A stretch of 64,000 bases of DNA from an uncultured Acidobacteriota bacterium (GTDB taxonomy: Bacteria > Acidobacteriota > Thermoanaerobaculia > Multivoradales > UBA5704): assembly GCA_963770895.1 (NCBI GenBank), contig CAVYRF010000003.1, positions 1-64,000 on the forward strand, read 5' to 3'. The notes beneath the pieces were generated by a model. That model saw only the letters and a program-made list of their open reading frames with translations, was not told where the DNA came from and searched no databases. A program made the translations under genes and the position numbers. Of the stretch, positions 45,258 to 53,956 are shown in pieces (position 1 is the first letter of the stretch; every line of letters begins with the position of its first letter).

Positions 45258-45950
45258 TCAGGGGCAGTCGAACGCCGCGGTGTCGAAGAAGGTCTGGAAG
45301 AGCTGGTTTTTGGCACTGGAGTAGGTTTTGACCTTGCCGGTCTGGGTGTCGGTGACGGTGATCGCCACGCCGACGTTGGTGAAGCCGCCGGCGGAGACCC
45401 ACCACTTGTTGTAGGGGGCGACGCAGGCGTTGAGGATCTTGAGGATCAGCTCGATGTTGCCGGGATCGAAGAAGCTGAATTTGACGCTCTGCTGGCTTTC
45501 CAGCAGCACCGTCGCCGGCCCCTTGCCGCTGGCCGGCGTGGCGTCGTAGTCGACCGTGACCTTGAAGCGGTTGTACAGGCAGGCGGTGGTGGCGGAGGGG
45601 GCGCAGGCAGGCTCGACGGGCAGCAGGCCGAAGATCGGCGCGGTGCCGTTGAACGAAAGGGTCCAGTAGGCCGGGCCGTTGGTGGGCTCTTCGTCGGTCC
45701 CGTGCAGCTGGTGCACGTCGACCTGCAAACCGCCTCGGCCACGCCCTTCGGCTCGCCGCTGAACGTGGCGATCACCAGCCTCGCCTTTGACAGCAACGGC
45801 CAACTGTACGGCTTTGCGCTGTGCGACAACACCTACACCAACGAGCTGTTTTCGCTGGACCCGGCCAGCGGCAACATCACCGGAACGCTCGGCAGCCTCG
45901 ATTCCGGCTTCCGTCGCGGTCGAATGTACGCGCAGTATAAACGGCCCTGG
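45258..45950 (-). pseudogene. Rearranged paralog of the 42701-43906 secreted protein gene
   Basis: 45258-45700 corresponds to the C-terminus, 45707-45908 is an inverted internal segment, 45908-45950 corresponds to the upstream region; start codon and signal peptide are missing. Confidence 0.85.
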
Positions 45951-46021
45951 CGCCCCGCCCCGCTCCGATCGCGCCCGCGCCGCAGGCGCGCCGCGGTCGA
46001 GGCAACCCATGGATCAGCGGA

Positions 46022-48205
46022 TCAGCGGACCGCTGCGGCGGCGGGTTCCGCGACCACGGCGGGGGTGGTGACGGCGCCCAGGTAGCGCATGACGACCAGG
46101 GTGCGGTCGTCGCTGGGGGGCTGGCTGCCGACGTGGGCGGCGACGGCGGCGAGCAGGCGGTCGCGGACCTGGGCGGCGGTGGGGCCGATGAAGGGCCTGG
46201 GAGGCGCGTTGCGGCTGGCGGACCCGCTGGTGGCCGCGGACCCCGCAGCCCCTGCGGCCCCAGCGAGCCCTGTCGCGGTCGCGGACCATGCGGGTCCGAA
46301 GGTCAGGGCTTGCTGGATGCGGTCGTAGCCGAACGGTTCGTCGTCGGCGTCGACGCCTTCGAAGAGGCCGTCGGAGAGCCAGACGACGATGTCGCCGCGC
46401 TCCAGGGTGAGCTCACGGTGGGCGTAGCGCTGGCCCAGGCCGCCCAGGGGGGAGCTGGGCAGGAGGATCTCTTCGACGGCGCCGCGGCGCAGCACGTAGG
46501 TGGGGGGGTGGCCGGCGTTGGTCAAGGTGAGGCGGCCGTCGCGCAGGTCGAGCTTGGCCAGGGTGGCGGTGACGAAGAAGCGGCTCTCCGCGTTGGCGCG
46601 CACGACGGTATCGAGGCGGCGCAGGATCTCTTCGGGCGAGCGGGTCTCTTCGATCAGGATGAGCAGCGCGGCCTTGAGCATCGCCATGCGCAGGCCGGTC
46701 GACAGGCCGTGGCCGGAGACGTCGGCGACGATGACGGCCAGCTCGCGCTGCGACAGGCGCAGGACGTCGAAGTAGTCGCCGCCGATGGCCGCGGAAGGTT
46801 CGAAGAGGGTGGCGAATTCGATGCCTTCGTCGCCTGGCAGATCGTGCGGGATGAGGCTGTTTTGCAGATCGCGCGCCAGGGACAGCTCCTTTTCGAGCAG
46901 CTCCTTCTGGGTGGAGGCGGCGACCAGCATCTCCAGGTTGAGGGCCATCTCGTTGAAGCTGCGCTGCAGGACGCCGATCTGGTCGCGGCGGCGCACCGGG
47001 ATGCGGGCGGCGAAGTCGCCGCGGCGCACGGCGTCGGTGGCGCGGCTCAGGCGGTTGACCGCGCGCGACAGGCCGACAATCATGAACATCGCCATAAAGG
47101 CGGCGATGGCATAGACGTTGGCGAGCAGGAAGGCGAGGGCGACCAGGACGCCCCACGAGGAGGCGTCGATCTCGCCGTTGGCGGCGAACAGGTGTTCCTT
47201 GAGGATGCGCGGCGTGCCGTTGAGCTGCACCAGGACGCTGTCGGCGATCTGGCGCCGGCTGGCCAGGTCGTAGAGGGGGCCGCTGGTCTGGCCCCACCAG
47301 AGGATCTCCCGGTCCCACAGGGCATCGCCCCGCGAGCGGCGCTTGAAGAACATCTGCGCCTGGCCCAGGTTGCGGGCGCGGTGGAAGGCGAGCATCGGCA
47401 GCTCGCGGCTGCCGAGCTTGACCTGCATGACTTCCACCGGGTCTTCGGGGCGGTTGCTTTCCACCCAGACGCCGCTGCGGCGCGACAGCTCCAGGTCGAG
47501 GTCGCCGGTGTAGATGCCGACGACGCCGCGGCCGCTGCCCCTGGTGGGGATGGCGGCGGCCAGGGTGGGGCTGTGGTCGGAGCGGGCGAAGAAGCGCGGC
47601 AGCTGGGCGGCCGATCCCCAGCTGCTGTCGGGGGAGTTGGTGGTCGCCACCTCTTCGGCGGCGACTTCGCCGGCCTTCGGCACTTCGGCGCAGCCGGGCC
47701 ACAGGTCCGGGGTGCGCGGGTCGCCTGCCACCCGCCTGCCGTTGACGTAGTAGGCGAAGGCCATGTCCGGCAGCGCGCCGGTGAAGGGAGCGGCGAAGGC
47801 GGCATCGCCGGTGTGCTGGTAGAGGGCGGCGCGCTCGCGGGTGGCCGCCACGACGTCGCTGTCGAGCGAGCGCAGGGCGTCGCGGTAGAGGTGGCCGATG
47901 AAGAAGTTGGCGAGCAGGTAGGCGACGACCGACAGCAGCAGCAGGACCATCGGGATCGGCAGGCCGCCGAGCAGGAAATACGAAAACGCCAGCCGCCGCC
48001 CGACCTTGAACAGGAACGCCGAGATCAGCTTCCAGATCAGCAGCAGCAGCACGATCAGGGCGGCGCAGCTGAGCCCGATCGCCAGCACCGGGTTGACGTA
48101 GCGCAGGTGGAGCCGCCACAGCGCGACGACCACGAAGCCGCCGAGGACGAGCATGGCTGTCCCCACCAGCAGGGCGGCGAGTCGGCGTTTGGTTGTGGTG
48201 GTCAC
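46022..48205 (-). CDS. Membrane HAMP + PP2C (SpoIIE/RsbU) serine phosphatase
   Basis: TM helices; HAMP 'DQIGVLQRSFNEM'; 'GGDYFD', 'ADVSGHG', 'NAGHPP', 'SDGLFE', 'DDRT'. Confidence 0.92.
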   Translation of the reverse strand: MTTTTKRRLAALLVGTAMLVLGGFVVVALWRLHLRYVNPVLAIGLSCAALIVLLLLIWKLISAFLFKVGRRLAFSYFLLGGLPIPMVLLLLSVVAYLLANFFIGHLYRDALRSLDSDVVAATRERAALYQHTGDAAFAAPFTGALPDMAFAYYVNGRRVAGDPRTPDLWPGCAEVPKAGEVAAEEVATTNSPDSSWGSAAQLPRFFARSDHSPTLAAAIPTRGSGRGVVGIYTGDLDLELSRRSGVWVESNRPEDPVEVMQVKLGSRELPMLAFHRARNLGQAQMFFKRRSRGDALWDREILWWGQTSGPLYDLASRRQIADSVLVQLNGTPRILKEHLFAANGEIDASSWGVLVALAFLLANVYAIAAFMAMFMIVGLSRAVNRLSRATDAVRRGDFAARIPVRRRDQIGVLQRSFNEMALNLEMLVAASTQKELLEKELSLARDLQNSLIPHDLPGDEGIEFATLFEPSAAIGGDYFDVLRLSQRELAVIVADVSGHGLSTGLRMAMLKAALLILIEETRSPEEILRRLDTVVRANAESRFFVTATLAKLDLRDGRLTLTNAGHPPTYVLRRGAVEEILLPSSPLGGLGQRYAHRELTLERGDIVVWLSDGLFEGVDADDEPFGYDRIQQALTFGPAWSATATGLAGAAGAAGSAATSGSASRNAPPRPFIGPTAAQVRDRLLAAVAAHVGSQPPSDDRTLVVMRYLGAVTTPAVVAEPAAAAVR

Positions 48206-48400
48206 GATCGCAGGGCGTCGATACGGGGAGGGCGGATCGGGCCAGACCCCTGACTGCTTACGCTCGGGCGGGCCTGGAGGTTTCGGTCATCGAGGCATCG
48301 CCGGTGGCGGCGCCTGGCATAGCATAGAATGCCGGCGGCTTCCGCGCGCTGCCGCCGGCTGGCGGGAGGACATCTTAGCCTGAATCGAAGGAGGGAGCAC

Positions 48401-48946
48401 GTGTCGAGGATTCCGCGGTTTCAAGAGCATCTCAAGACCGGCTTCACCGCCGAAGCGGTGAGCGCCGCCCGCTTCCGGGCGTTGGCGGAGCGCGCCGATC
48501 GCGACGGGTCGCCGAACCTGGCGGCCCGCTGGCGGCGTCTGGCGGCGGCCAAGGACCGTCTGGCCATCCAGCTGCTGGCGGCGGCTGGCCAGGTGCGCGG
48601 CGGCGACGCCGACCTGGGGGCTGCCATCGCCGAAGAGCGCTACGAAAACGACGTGCTGTATCCCAAGATCGTGCGCGACCTGGGGGACGACGACGAAACG
48701 GTCGGGATCTTCCGCCAGCTGCTGGCGGCGCAGGTGGAGCAGCTGGGCCAGCTGGAAGCGCTGCGCCGCGACCTGCACGCCGCCCAGAAGGACGTGCCGC
48801 TGCCGCCGGAAGCGGCTGCCGCTGCTCCAGCCCCGGCGCACGCCGCGGCCCCTGCCCCCGCGCCGGCCACGCCGGCGACCGCCGCCGGCGGCCGCTCCGC
48901 GGGCGCCCAGGTGGAGCCTCCATCGGCACCGGCGCCGCCTGCGTAA
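48401..48946 (+). CDS. Rubrerythrin-like ferritin-fold protein lacking His ligands
   Basis: GTG after GGAGGGAG; 'LKTGFTAE...AERADRDG...AAIAEERYENDVLYP' follows the rubrerythrin helix pattern. Confidence 0.65.
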   Translation: MSRIPRFQEHLKTGFTAEAVSAARFRALAERADRDGSPNLAARWRRLAAAKDRLAIQLLAAAGQVRGGDADLGAAIAEERYENDVLYPKIVRDLGDDDETVGIFRQLLAAQVEQLGQLEALRRDLHAAQKDVPLPPEAAAAAPAPAHAAAPAPAPATPATAAGGRSAGAQVEPPSAPAPPA

Positions 48947-48973
48947 GTAGCTGAAAAGGAGCGACTTGCGGTG

Positions 48974-49003
48974 CTTGTGACCGGCAGTCACAAGTGCTAC
49001 ACT
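48974..49003 (+). promoter_or_regulatory. Sigma-70-type promoter with an overlapping palindromic operator, upstream of nuoB
   Basis: TTGTGA-N17-TACACT with extended TG; perfect IR CTTGTGAC-cggca-GTCACAAG at 48974-48994. Confidence 0.6.
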
Positions 49004-49025
49004 GGCGCTGGGAGAGCTGACGATC

Positions 49026-49574
49026 ATGAAGACAGCGATGACCACGCAAGCCGGCGAAAGCTGGATCACCACGACCTTCGAAAACCTCGAGGATTGGGCG
49101 CAGCGGCATTCGTTCTGGCCCTTTCCCTTCGGCACCGCCTGCTGCGCCATCGAATTCATGTCGACCATCTCCAGCCACTACGACCTGTCGCGCTTCGGCT
49201 CGGAGGTGGTGCGTTTCTCGCCGCGCCAGAGCGACGTGCTGCTGGTGGCGGGGACGATCAACGACAAGATGGGTCCGGTGCTCAAGCGGATCTATGACCA
49301 GATGGCGGACCCCAAGTGGGTGATCTCGATGGGCGCCTGCGCCTGTTCGGGCGGCTTCTATCGCTCGTACCACGTGATGCAGGGCATCGACGAGATCATC
49401 CCGGTGGACGTCTACGTGCCCGGCTGCCCGCCGACGCCCGAAGGCCTGATGTACGGCATCCTGCAGCTGCGCGAGCGGGTGGTGCGCGACCGCAAGCGGC
49501 TCGGCCGCGGCGCCGATCCCCAGGCACGGGAGCGGTCGAGCGAAGAAGAGAACCTGGGCGCCGGCAGAATCTGA
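49026..49574 (+). CDS. nuoB: NADH-quinone oxidoreductase subunit B
   Basis: 'FGTACCAIE', 'SPRQSD', 'QMADPKWVISMGACA', 'PVDVYVPGCPP'. Confidence 0.95.
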   Translation: MKTAMTTQAGESWITTTFENLEDWAQRHSFWPFPFGTACCAIEFMSTISSHYDLSRFGSEVVRFSPRQSDVLLVAGTINDKMGPVLKRIYDQMADPKWVISMGACACSGGFYRSYHVMQGIDEIIPVDVYVPGCPPTPEGLMYGILQLRERVVRDRKRLGRGADPQARERSSEEENLGAGRI

Positions 49575-49615
49575 CCCCGTTGCAAAGCGAGCCAGTCCCC
49601 AACGAGCGAGCGCCC

Positions 49616-51424
49616 ATGACCCCAACGACCGTCCAACCCGCCGCCGGCGCGGGCGCCGCGACGCCGGCCGCCCCCGCGATCCCGGCAACCCCGCACATCG
49701 CCGATAGCGACGTCTATGCCGGCGTGCGCGCCAAGTTCCCGGCGGACAGCATCCAACCGGTGCCGGCCGGCGTGCCCGGTTCGCCCGCCGGGCTCGACCA
49801 GGCGACGTGGATCGTGCAGCGCGAAGTGCTGGCCGACCTGGCGCGCGAGCTGCGCGACAACCGGGAGAGCAAGTTCGACCTGCTGATGGACGTCGGCGGC
49901 GTCGACTATCCCGACCGGGAGCAGCGCTTCGAAGCCGTGTATCACCTGTATTCGGTGCCGCGCAACGCGCGCCTGCGCCTGAAGGTGTCGGTGGCCGAAA
50001 GCGACCCGGTGCTGCCGTCGCTGGTGCCGGTGTGGAACGCCGCCAACTGGGCGGAACGCGAGGTGTACGACATGTTCGGGGTGCGCTTCACCGGCCACCC
50101 GAACCTGTCGCGCATCCTGTGCCACGAAGCGTTCCAGGGGCACCCGCTGCGCAAGGACTACGACGCCGCGCGGCGCTGGATCCTGACCGAAGACAAGTTC
50201 TACAAGCCGCATTTCGATCTGCCCGAAGCCGATCACCTGGCCGAGGGCGACGACATGTTCGAGCGCATGACGATCAACATCGGACCGTCGCACCCCGCGA
50301 TGCACGGCACGTTCCGGTTGATGGCCATGCTCGACGGCGAAACGATCGTCGCCTCCGACATCGAAATCGGCTACCTCCACCGCTGCTTCGAAAAGATGGC
50401 GGAGACGCACACCTACCAGCAGGTGATCCCCTACACCGACAGGCTCAACTACTGCTCGGCGTTCATCAACAACGTCGCCTACTGCCGCACGGTCGAAAAG
50501 CTGCTCGGCGTCGAAGCGCCGCCGCGCGCCGTCTGGGCGCGCACCATCCTGTCCGAGCTGTCGCGGATCATGGATCACTGCGTGTGCAACGGCACGACGC
50601 TGGTGGACGCCGGCGCGCTGACCAACTTCTGGTACATGTTCCAGCCGCGCGAAGAGATCTACGGCCTGCTGGAAGCGTGCTGCGGCGCGCGGTTGACGGT
50701 TTCGTACTGCCGCGTCGGCGGGCTGTCGCAGGATCTGCCGCCCGACTTCACGGTGCGCTGCCGGCGGCTGCTGGAGATCATCCCGCCGTTTTTGTCGGAC
50801 GTCGAAAAGCTGTGCGACAAGAACCGCATCTGGATCGACCGGACGGTGGGGACGGCCGCGATCTCGGGCGCCGAGGCGATCAATTGGGGGTGGACGGGGC
50901 CCTGCCTGCGCGCCAGCGGCGTGCCCTTCGACGTCCGCCGGTCCAACCCCTACGACCTGTATGACACGGTCGATTGGGACGTGCCGGTGCTGTACGGCGG
51001 CGACGTGTTCGATCGCTACCGCATCCGCAACCTGGAGATCCGGCAGTCGCTCAAGATCATCCGTCAGCTGCTCGACCGCGGCTGTCCGGAAGGGGACTGG
51101 ATCGTCGACGATCCGCACGTCGCCCTGCCGCCGAAAAAGAAGGCGTACAGCGAGATGGAAGCCATGATCTATCACTTCAAGCTGATCATGGACGGCATCA
51201 TGGTGCCCGAAGGCGAAACCTACCTGCCGACCGAAGGCGCCAACGGCGAGCTGGGCTTTCACATCATCAGCGACGGCACCGGCAAGCCCTACCGCATCAA
51301 GGTGCGGCCGCCGTGCTTCCCGATCTTCTCGGCCTATTCGAAGCTGATTCTCGGCGGGTCGGTTTCCGACGCCGTGATCTCGCTCGGCGGCCTCAACGTC
51401 GTGGCCGGAGAGCTGGAGCGATGA
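49616..51424 (+). CDS. nuoCD: Fused NADH-quinone oxidoreductase subunit C/D
   Basis: NuoC 'EREVYDMFG...GHPLRKDY'; NuoD 'NIGPSHPAMHG', 'IGYLHR', 'DRLNY', 'GELG', terminal 'GELER'. Confidence 0.93.
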   Translation: MTPTTVQPAAGAGAATPAAPAIPATPHIADSDVYAGVRAKFPADSIQPVPAGVPGSPAGLDQATWIVQREVLADLARELRDNRESKFDLLMDVGGVDYPDREQRFEAVYHLYSVPRNARLRLKVSVAESDPVLPSLVPVWNAANWAEREVYDMFGVRFTGHPNLSRILCHEAFQGHPLRKDYDAARRWILTEDKFYKPHFDLPEADHLAEGDDMFERMTINIGPSHPAMHGTFRLMAMLDGETIVASDIEIGYLHRCFEKMAETHTYQQVIPYTDRLNYCSAFINNVAYCRTVEKLLGVEAPPRAVWARTILSELSRIMDHCVCNGTTLVDAGALTNFWYMFQPREEIYGLLEACCGARLTVSYCRVGGLSQDLPPDFTVRCRRLLEIIPPFLSDVEKLCDKNRIWIDRTVGTAAISGAEAINWGWTGPCLRASGVPFDVRRSNPYDLYDTVDWDVPVLYGGDVFDRYRIRNLEIRQSLKIIRQLLDRGCPEGDWIVDDPHVALPPKKKAYSEMEAMIYHFKLIMDGIMVPEGETYLPTEGANGELGFHIISDGTGKPYRIKVRPPCFPIFSAYSKLILGGSVSDAVISLGGLNVVAGELER

Positions 51425-52071
51425 GCGAACCCATCACCACAAGCAAGCCTTACGGCAACGAGCCGGCGCCGTATCCGACGACCACACGCCCGTACCGGTT
51501 GAGCCTGGCGGAGCGGATGTACCTGCCGTTGCTGGGCGGCCTGATGGTGACGATCCGTCACTTCCTGCAGAACCTGTTCAATCCGGGCCGCATGTACACC
51601 ATCAACTATCCCGAAGAGCGGCGCGACTACGGCCACCGCTTCCGCGGCCATCACATCCTGACCACGCGTTCGGACGGCTCGCTGCGCTGCGTCGCCTGCT
51701 TTCTGTGCGCTCAGGCGTGCCCGGCCGAATGCATCCACATCGAAGCGGGCGAGCATCCTGACGTCAACATCGAAAAGTACCCGGTCGTCTACGAGATCGA
51801 CATGCTGCGCTGCGTATTCTGCGGCTACTGTGTCGACGCCTGTCCGGAAGAGGCCATCATCATGAGCAACAACTACGACATGGCCTACTTCAATCGCGAT
51901 CAGACGGTGGTCGGCAAGATGGACCTGGCCAAGCCCTACACCTTCGACGAGACGCGCCTGGGCTACCGGCCGGTCTATCCCGAAGAAGAGCGCGCCCGGA
52001 CGGCCATGCGGCAGGAGGCGTTTTCGCTGGTCGAGGCGACGCGGCGCTCGTCCAGGCCGGAAAAGGCATAG
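51421..52071 (+). CDS. nuoI: NADH-quinone oxidoreductase subunit I (2x[4Fe-4S])
   Basis: 'TINYPEE...RFRG', 'CVACFLCAQACP', 'CVFCGYCVDACP'; ATGA overlap with nuoCD. Confidence 0.93.
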   Translation: MSEPITTSKPYGNEPAPYPTTTRPYRLSLAERMYLPLLGGLMVTIRHFLQNLFNPGRMYTINYPEERRDYGHRFRGHHILTTRSDGSLRCVACFLCAQACPAECIHIEAGEHPDVNIEKYPVVYEIDMLRCVFCGYCVDACPEEAIIMSNNYDMAYFNRDQTVVGKMDLAKPYTFDETRLGYRPVYPEEERARTAMRQEAFSLVEATRRSSRPEKA

Positions 52072-52072
52072 C

Positions 52073-53956
52073 GTGACCACAACCACAGGTGTACCCAGCC
52101 CTCCCAGGCCGGTCATCGAGCCGGAAAGGCTCGACGACGTCGTCATCCGTTTTGCCGGCGACTCCGGCGACGGCATGCAGCTGACCGGCAGCCAGTTCAC
52201 CACCACCTCGGCGCTGATCGGCAACGACCTGTCGACGCTGCCGGACTTCCCGGCCGAGATCCGCGCGCCGGCCGGCACGCTGCCGGGTGTTTCGGCGTTT
52301 CAGGTGCGCATCGCCGACTACGACATCCACACCCCCGGCGACGCGCCCGACGTGCTGGTGGCGATGAACCCGGCGGCGCTCAAGAAGAACCTTCCCGACC
52401 TCAAGGCCAACGGCGTCCTGATCGTCAACACCGACGAATTCAACGACCGCAACTTTGCCCGCGCCGGGTACACCAGCAATCCGCTGGATGGCGACGGCCT
52501 GGCGCGCTACCGGGTGTTCAAGGCCGAGCTGGGGACGATGACCCGGCGCGCGCTCGACGGCACCGGCCTGGACGCCAAGACGATGGACCGCTGCAAGAAC
52601 TTCTTTGCCCTGGGGATGGTGTACTGGCTGTTCAGCCGGCCGCTGGACAACACCGTCGCCTGGCTGCAGCGCAGCTTCGCCAAGAAGCCGGAGATCGCCG
52701 ACGCCAACATCGCGGTGCTGCGCGCCGGCTGGAACTTCTGCGACATCACCGAGCTGTTCCATCACCGCTACGAAGTGCAGCCGGCGCCGATGCCGCCGGG
52801 TCTGTACCGCAACATCCAGGGCAACACGGCGCTCGCTTTGGGCCTGATCGCCGCCAGCCGGCGCAGCGGGCTGCCGCTCTTTCTGGGCGCCTATCCGATC
52901 ACCCCGGCGTCGGACGTGTTGCACGAGCTGGCCCGCCACAAGGCGTTCGGCGTCACCACCTTCCAGGCGGAGGATGAGATCGCCGCGGTCTGCGCCGCGA
53001 TCGGCGCGGCGTTCGGCGGTTCGCTGGGCGTCACGGTGTCCAGCGGTCCCGGCATCGCGCTCAAGGCGGAGGCGATCAACCTGGCGCTGATGGTCGAGCT
53101 GCCGCTGCTGGTGTGCGACATCCAGCGCGGCGGACCGTCGACGGGCCTGCCCACCAAGACGGAGCAGGCCGACCTGCTGCAGGTGATGTTCGGCCGCAAC
53201 AGCGAGTCGCCGGTGCCGGTGCTCGCCGCCAGCTCGCCCAAGGACTGCTTCGACACGGTGCTCGATGCGGCGCGCATCGCCGTCCGTCACATGCTGCCGG
53301 TGGTGATCCTGTCGGACGGCTATATCGCCAACGGCTCCGAACCGTGGAAGCTGCCCGACGTCGCCGGCCTGCCCGACCTGCGGGTGGAGTTTCGCACCGA
53401 CCCCGCCGGCTTCACGCCGTACGTGCGCGACCCTGAAACGCTCGCCCGTCCCTGGGCGATCCCCGGCACTCCCGGCCTGGAGCACCGCGTCGGCGGCCTG
53501 GAAAAGGAAGACGTCACCGGCAACGTCTCCTACGACCCGGCCAACCACGAGCACATGGTCCACCTGCGGGCCGAAAAAGTGGCGCGCGTCGCGCGCGACA
53601 TTCCGCCGGTCGCAGTGGACGGCCCGGCGACGGGGCGGCTGCTGGTGCTCGGCTGGGGGTCGACCGCGGGGTCGATCACCGGCGCCGTCAACCTTGCCCG
53701 CAAGCAGGGCCTGGACGTCAGCCGCGCCCACCTGCGCCATCTCAATCCGTTCCCTTCCAACCTGGGCGAAGTGCTGGCCGGGTTCGAGCGGGTGCTGGTG
53801 CCCGAGATGAACCTGGGCCAGCTGGCGCTGCTGCTGCGCGCCCGCTACCTGAAAGACGTCCAGACGCTCGCCAAGGTGCAGGGGCGCCCCTTCACCCGCA
53901 GCGACATCTTCGACCGCATCGTGCAGATGCTGGAGCCCGCCGCCCATGTCTCCTGA
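52073..53956 (+). CDS. korA: 2-oxoacid:ferredoxin oxidoreductase alpha subunit (gamma-alpha fusion)
   Basis: 'FAGDSGDGMQ', 'PAEIRAP', 'YPITPAS', 'QAEDEI', 'QRGGPSTGLPT', 'EMNLGQL'; starts 1 bp after nuoI. Confidence 0.93.
   Translation: MTTTTGVPSPPRPVIEPERLDDVVIRFAGDSGDGMQLTGSQFTTTSALIGNDLSTLPDFPAEIRAPAGTLPGVSAFQVRIADYDIHTPGDAPDVLVAMNPAALKKNLPDLKANGVLIVNTDEFNDRNFARAGYTSNPLDGDGLARYRVFKAELGTMTRRALDGTGLDAKTMDRCKNFFALGMVYWLFSRPLDNTVAWLQRSFAKKPEIADANIAVLRAGWNFCDITELFHHRYEVQPAPMPPGLYRNIQGNTALALGLIAASRRSGLPLFLGAYPITPASDVLHELARHKAFGVTTFQAEDEIAAVCAAIGAAFGGSLGVTVSSGPGIALKAEAINLALMVELPLLVCDIQRGGPSTGLPTKTEQADLLQVMFGRNSESPVPVLAASSPKDCFDTVLDAARIAVRHMLPVVILSDGYIANGSEPWKLPDVAGLPDLRVEFRTDPAGFTPYVRDPETLARPWAIPGTPGLEHRVGGLEKEDVTGNVSYDPANHEHMVHLRAEKVARVARDIPPVAVDGPATGRLLVLGWGSTAGSITGAVNLARKQGLDVSRAHLRHLNPFPSNLGEVLAGFERVLVPEMNLGQLALLLRARYLKDVQTLAKVQGRPFTRSDIFDRIVQMLEPAAHVS

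Noticed and set aside
45258-46085. ORFs 45258-46010 (-) and 45702-46085 (+) as genuine genes
   Set aside because: They are chimeric read-throughs across the inversion junctions, with no signal peptide or clear RBS.
42538-46370. Diversity-generating retroelement TR/VR pair
   Set aside because: The mismatches between the duplicated segments are not adenine-specific, and there is no reverse transcriptase in the window.
49026-52071. Group 4 [NiFe]-hydrogenase (the NuoD part is Cys-rich)
   Set aside because: No RxCxxC or DPCxxC Ni-binding motifs; NuoB has the tandem CC of complex I; no maturation genes.
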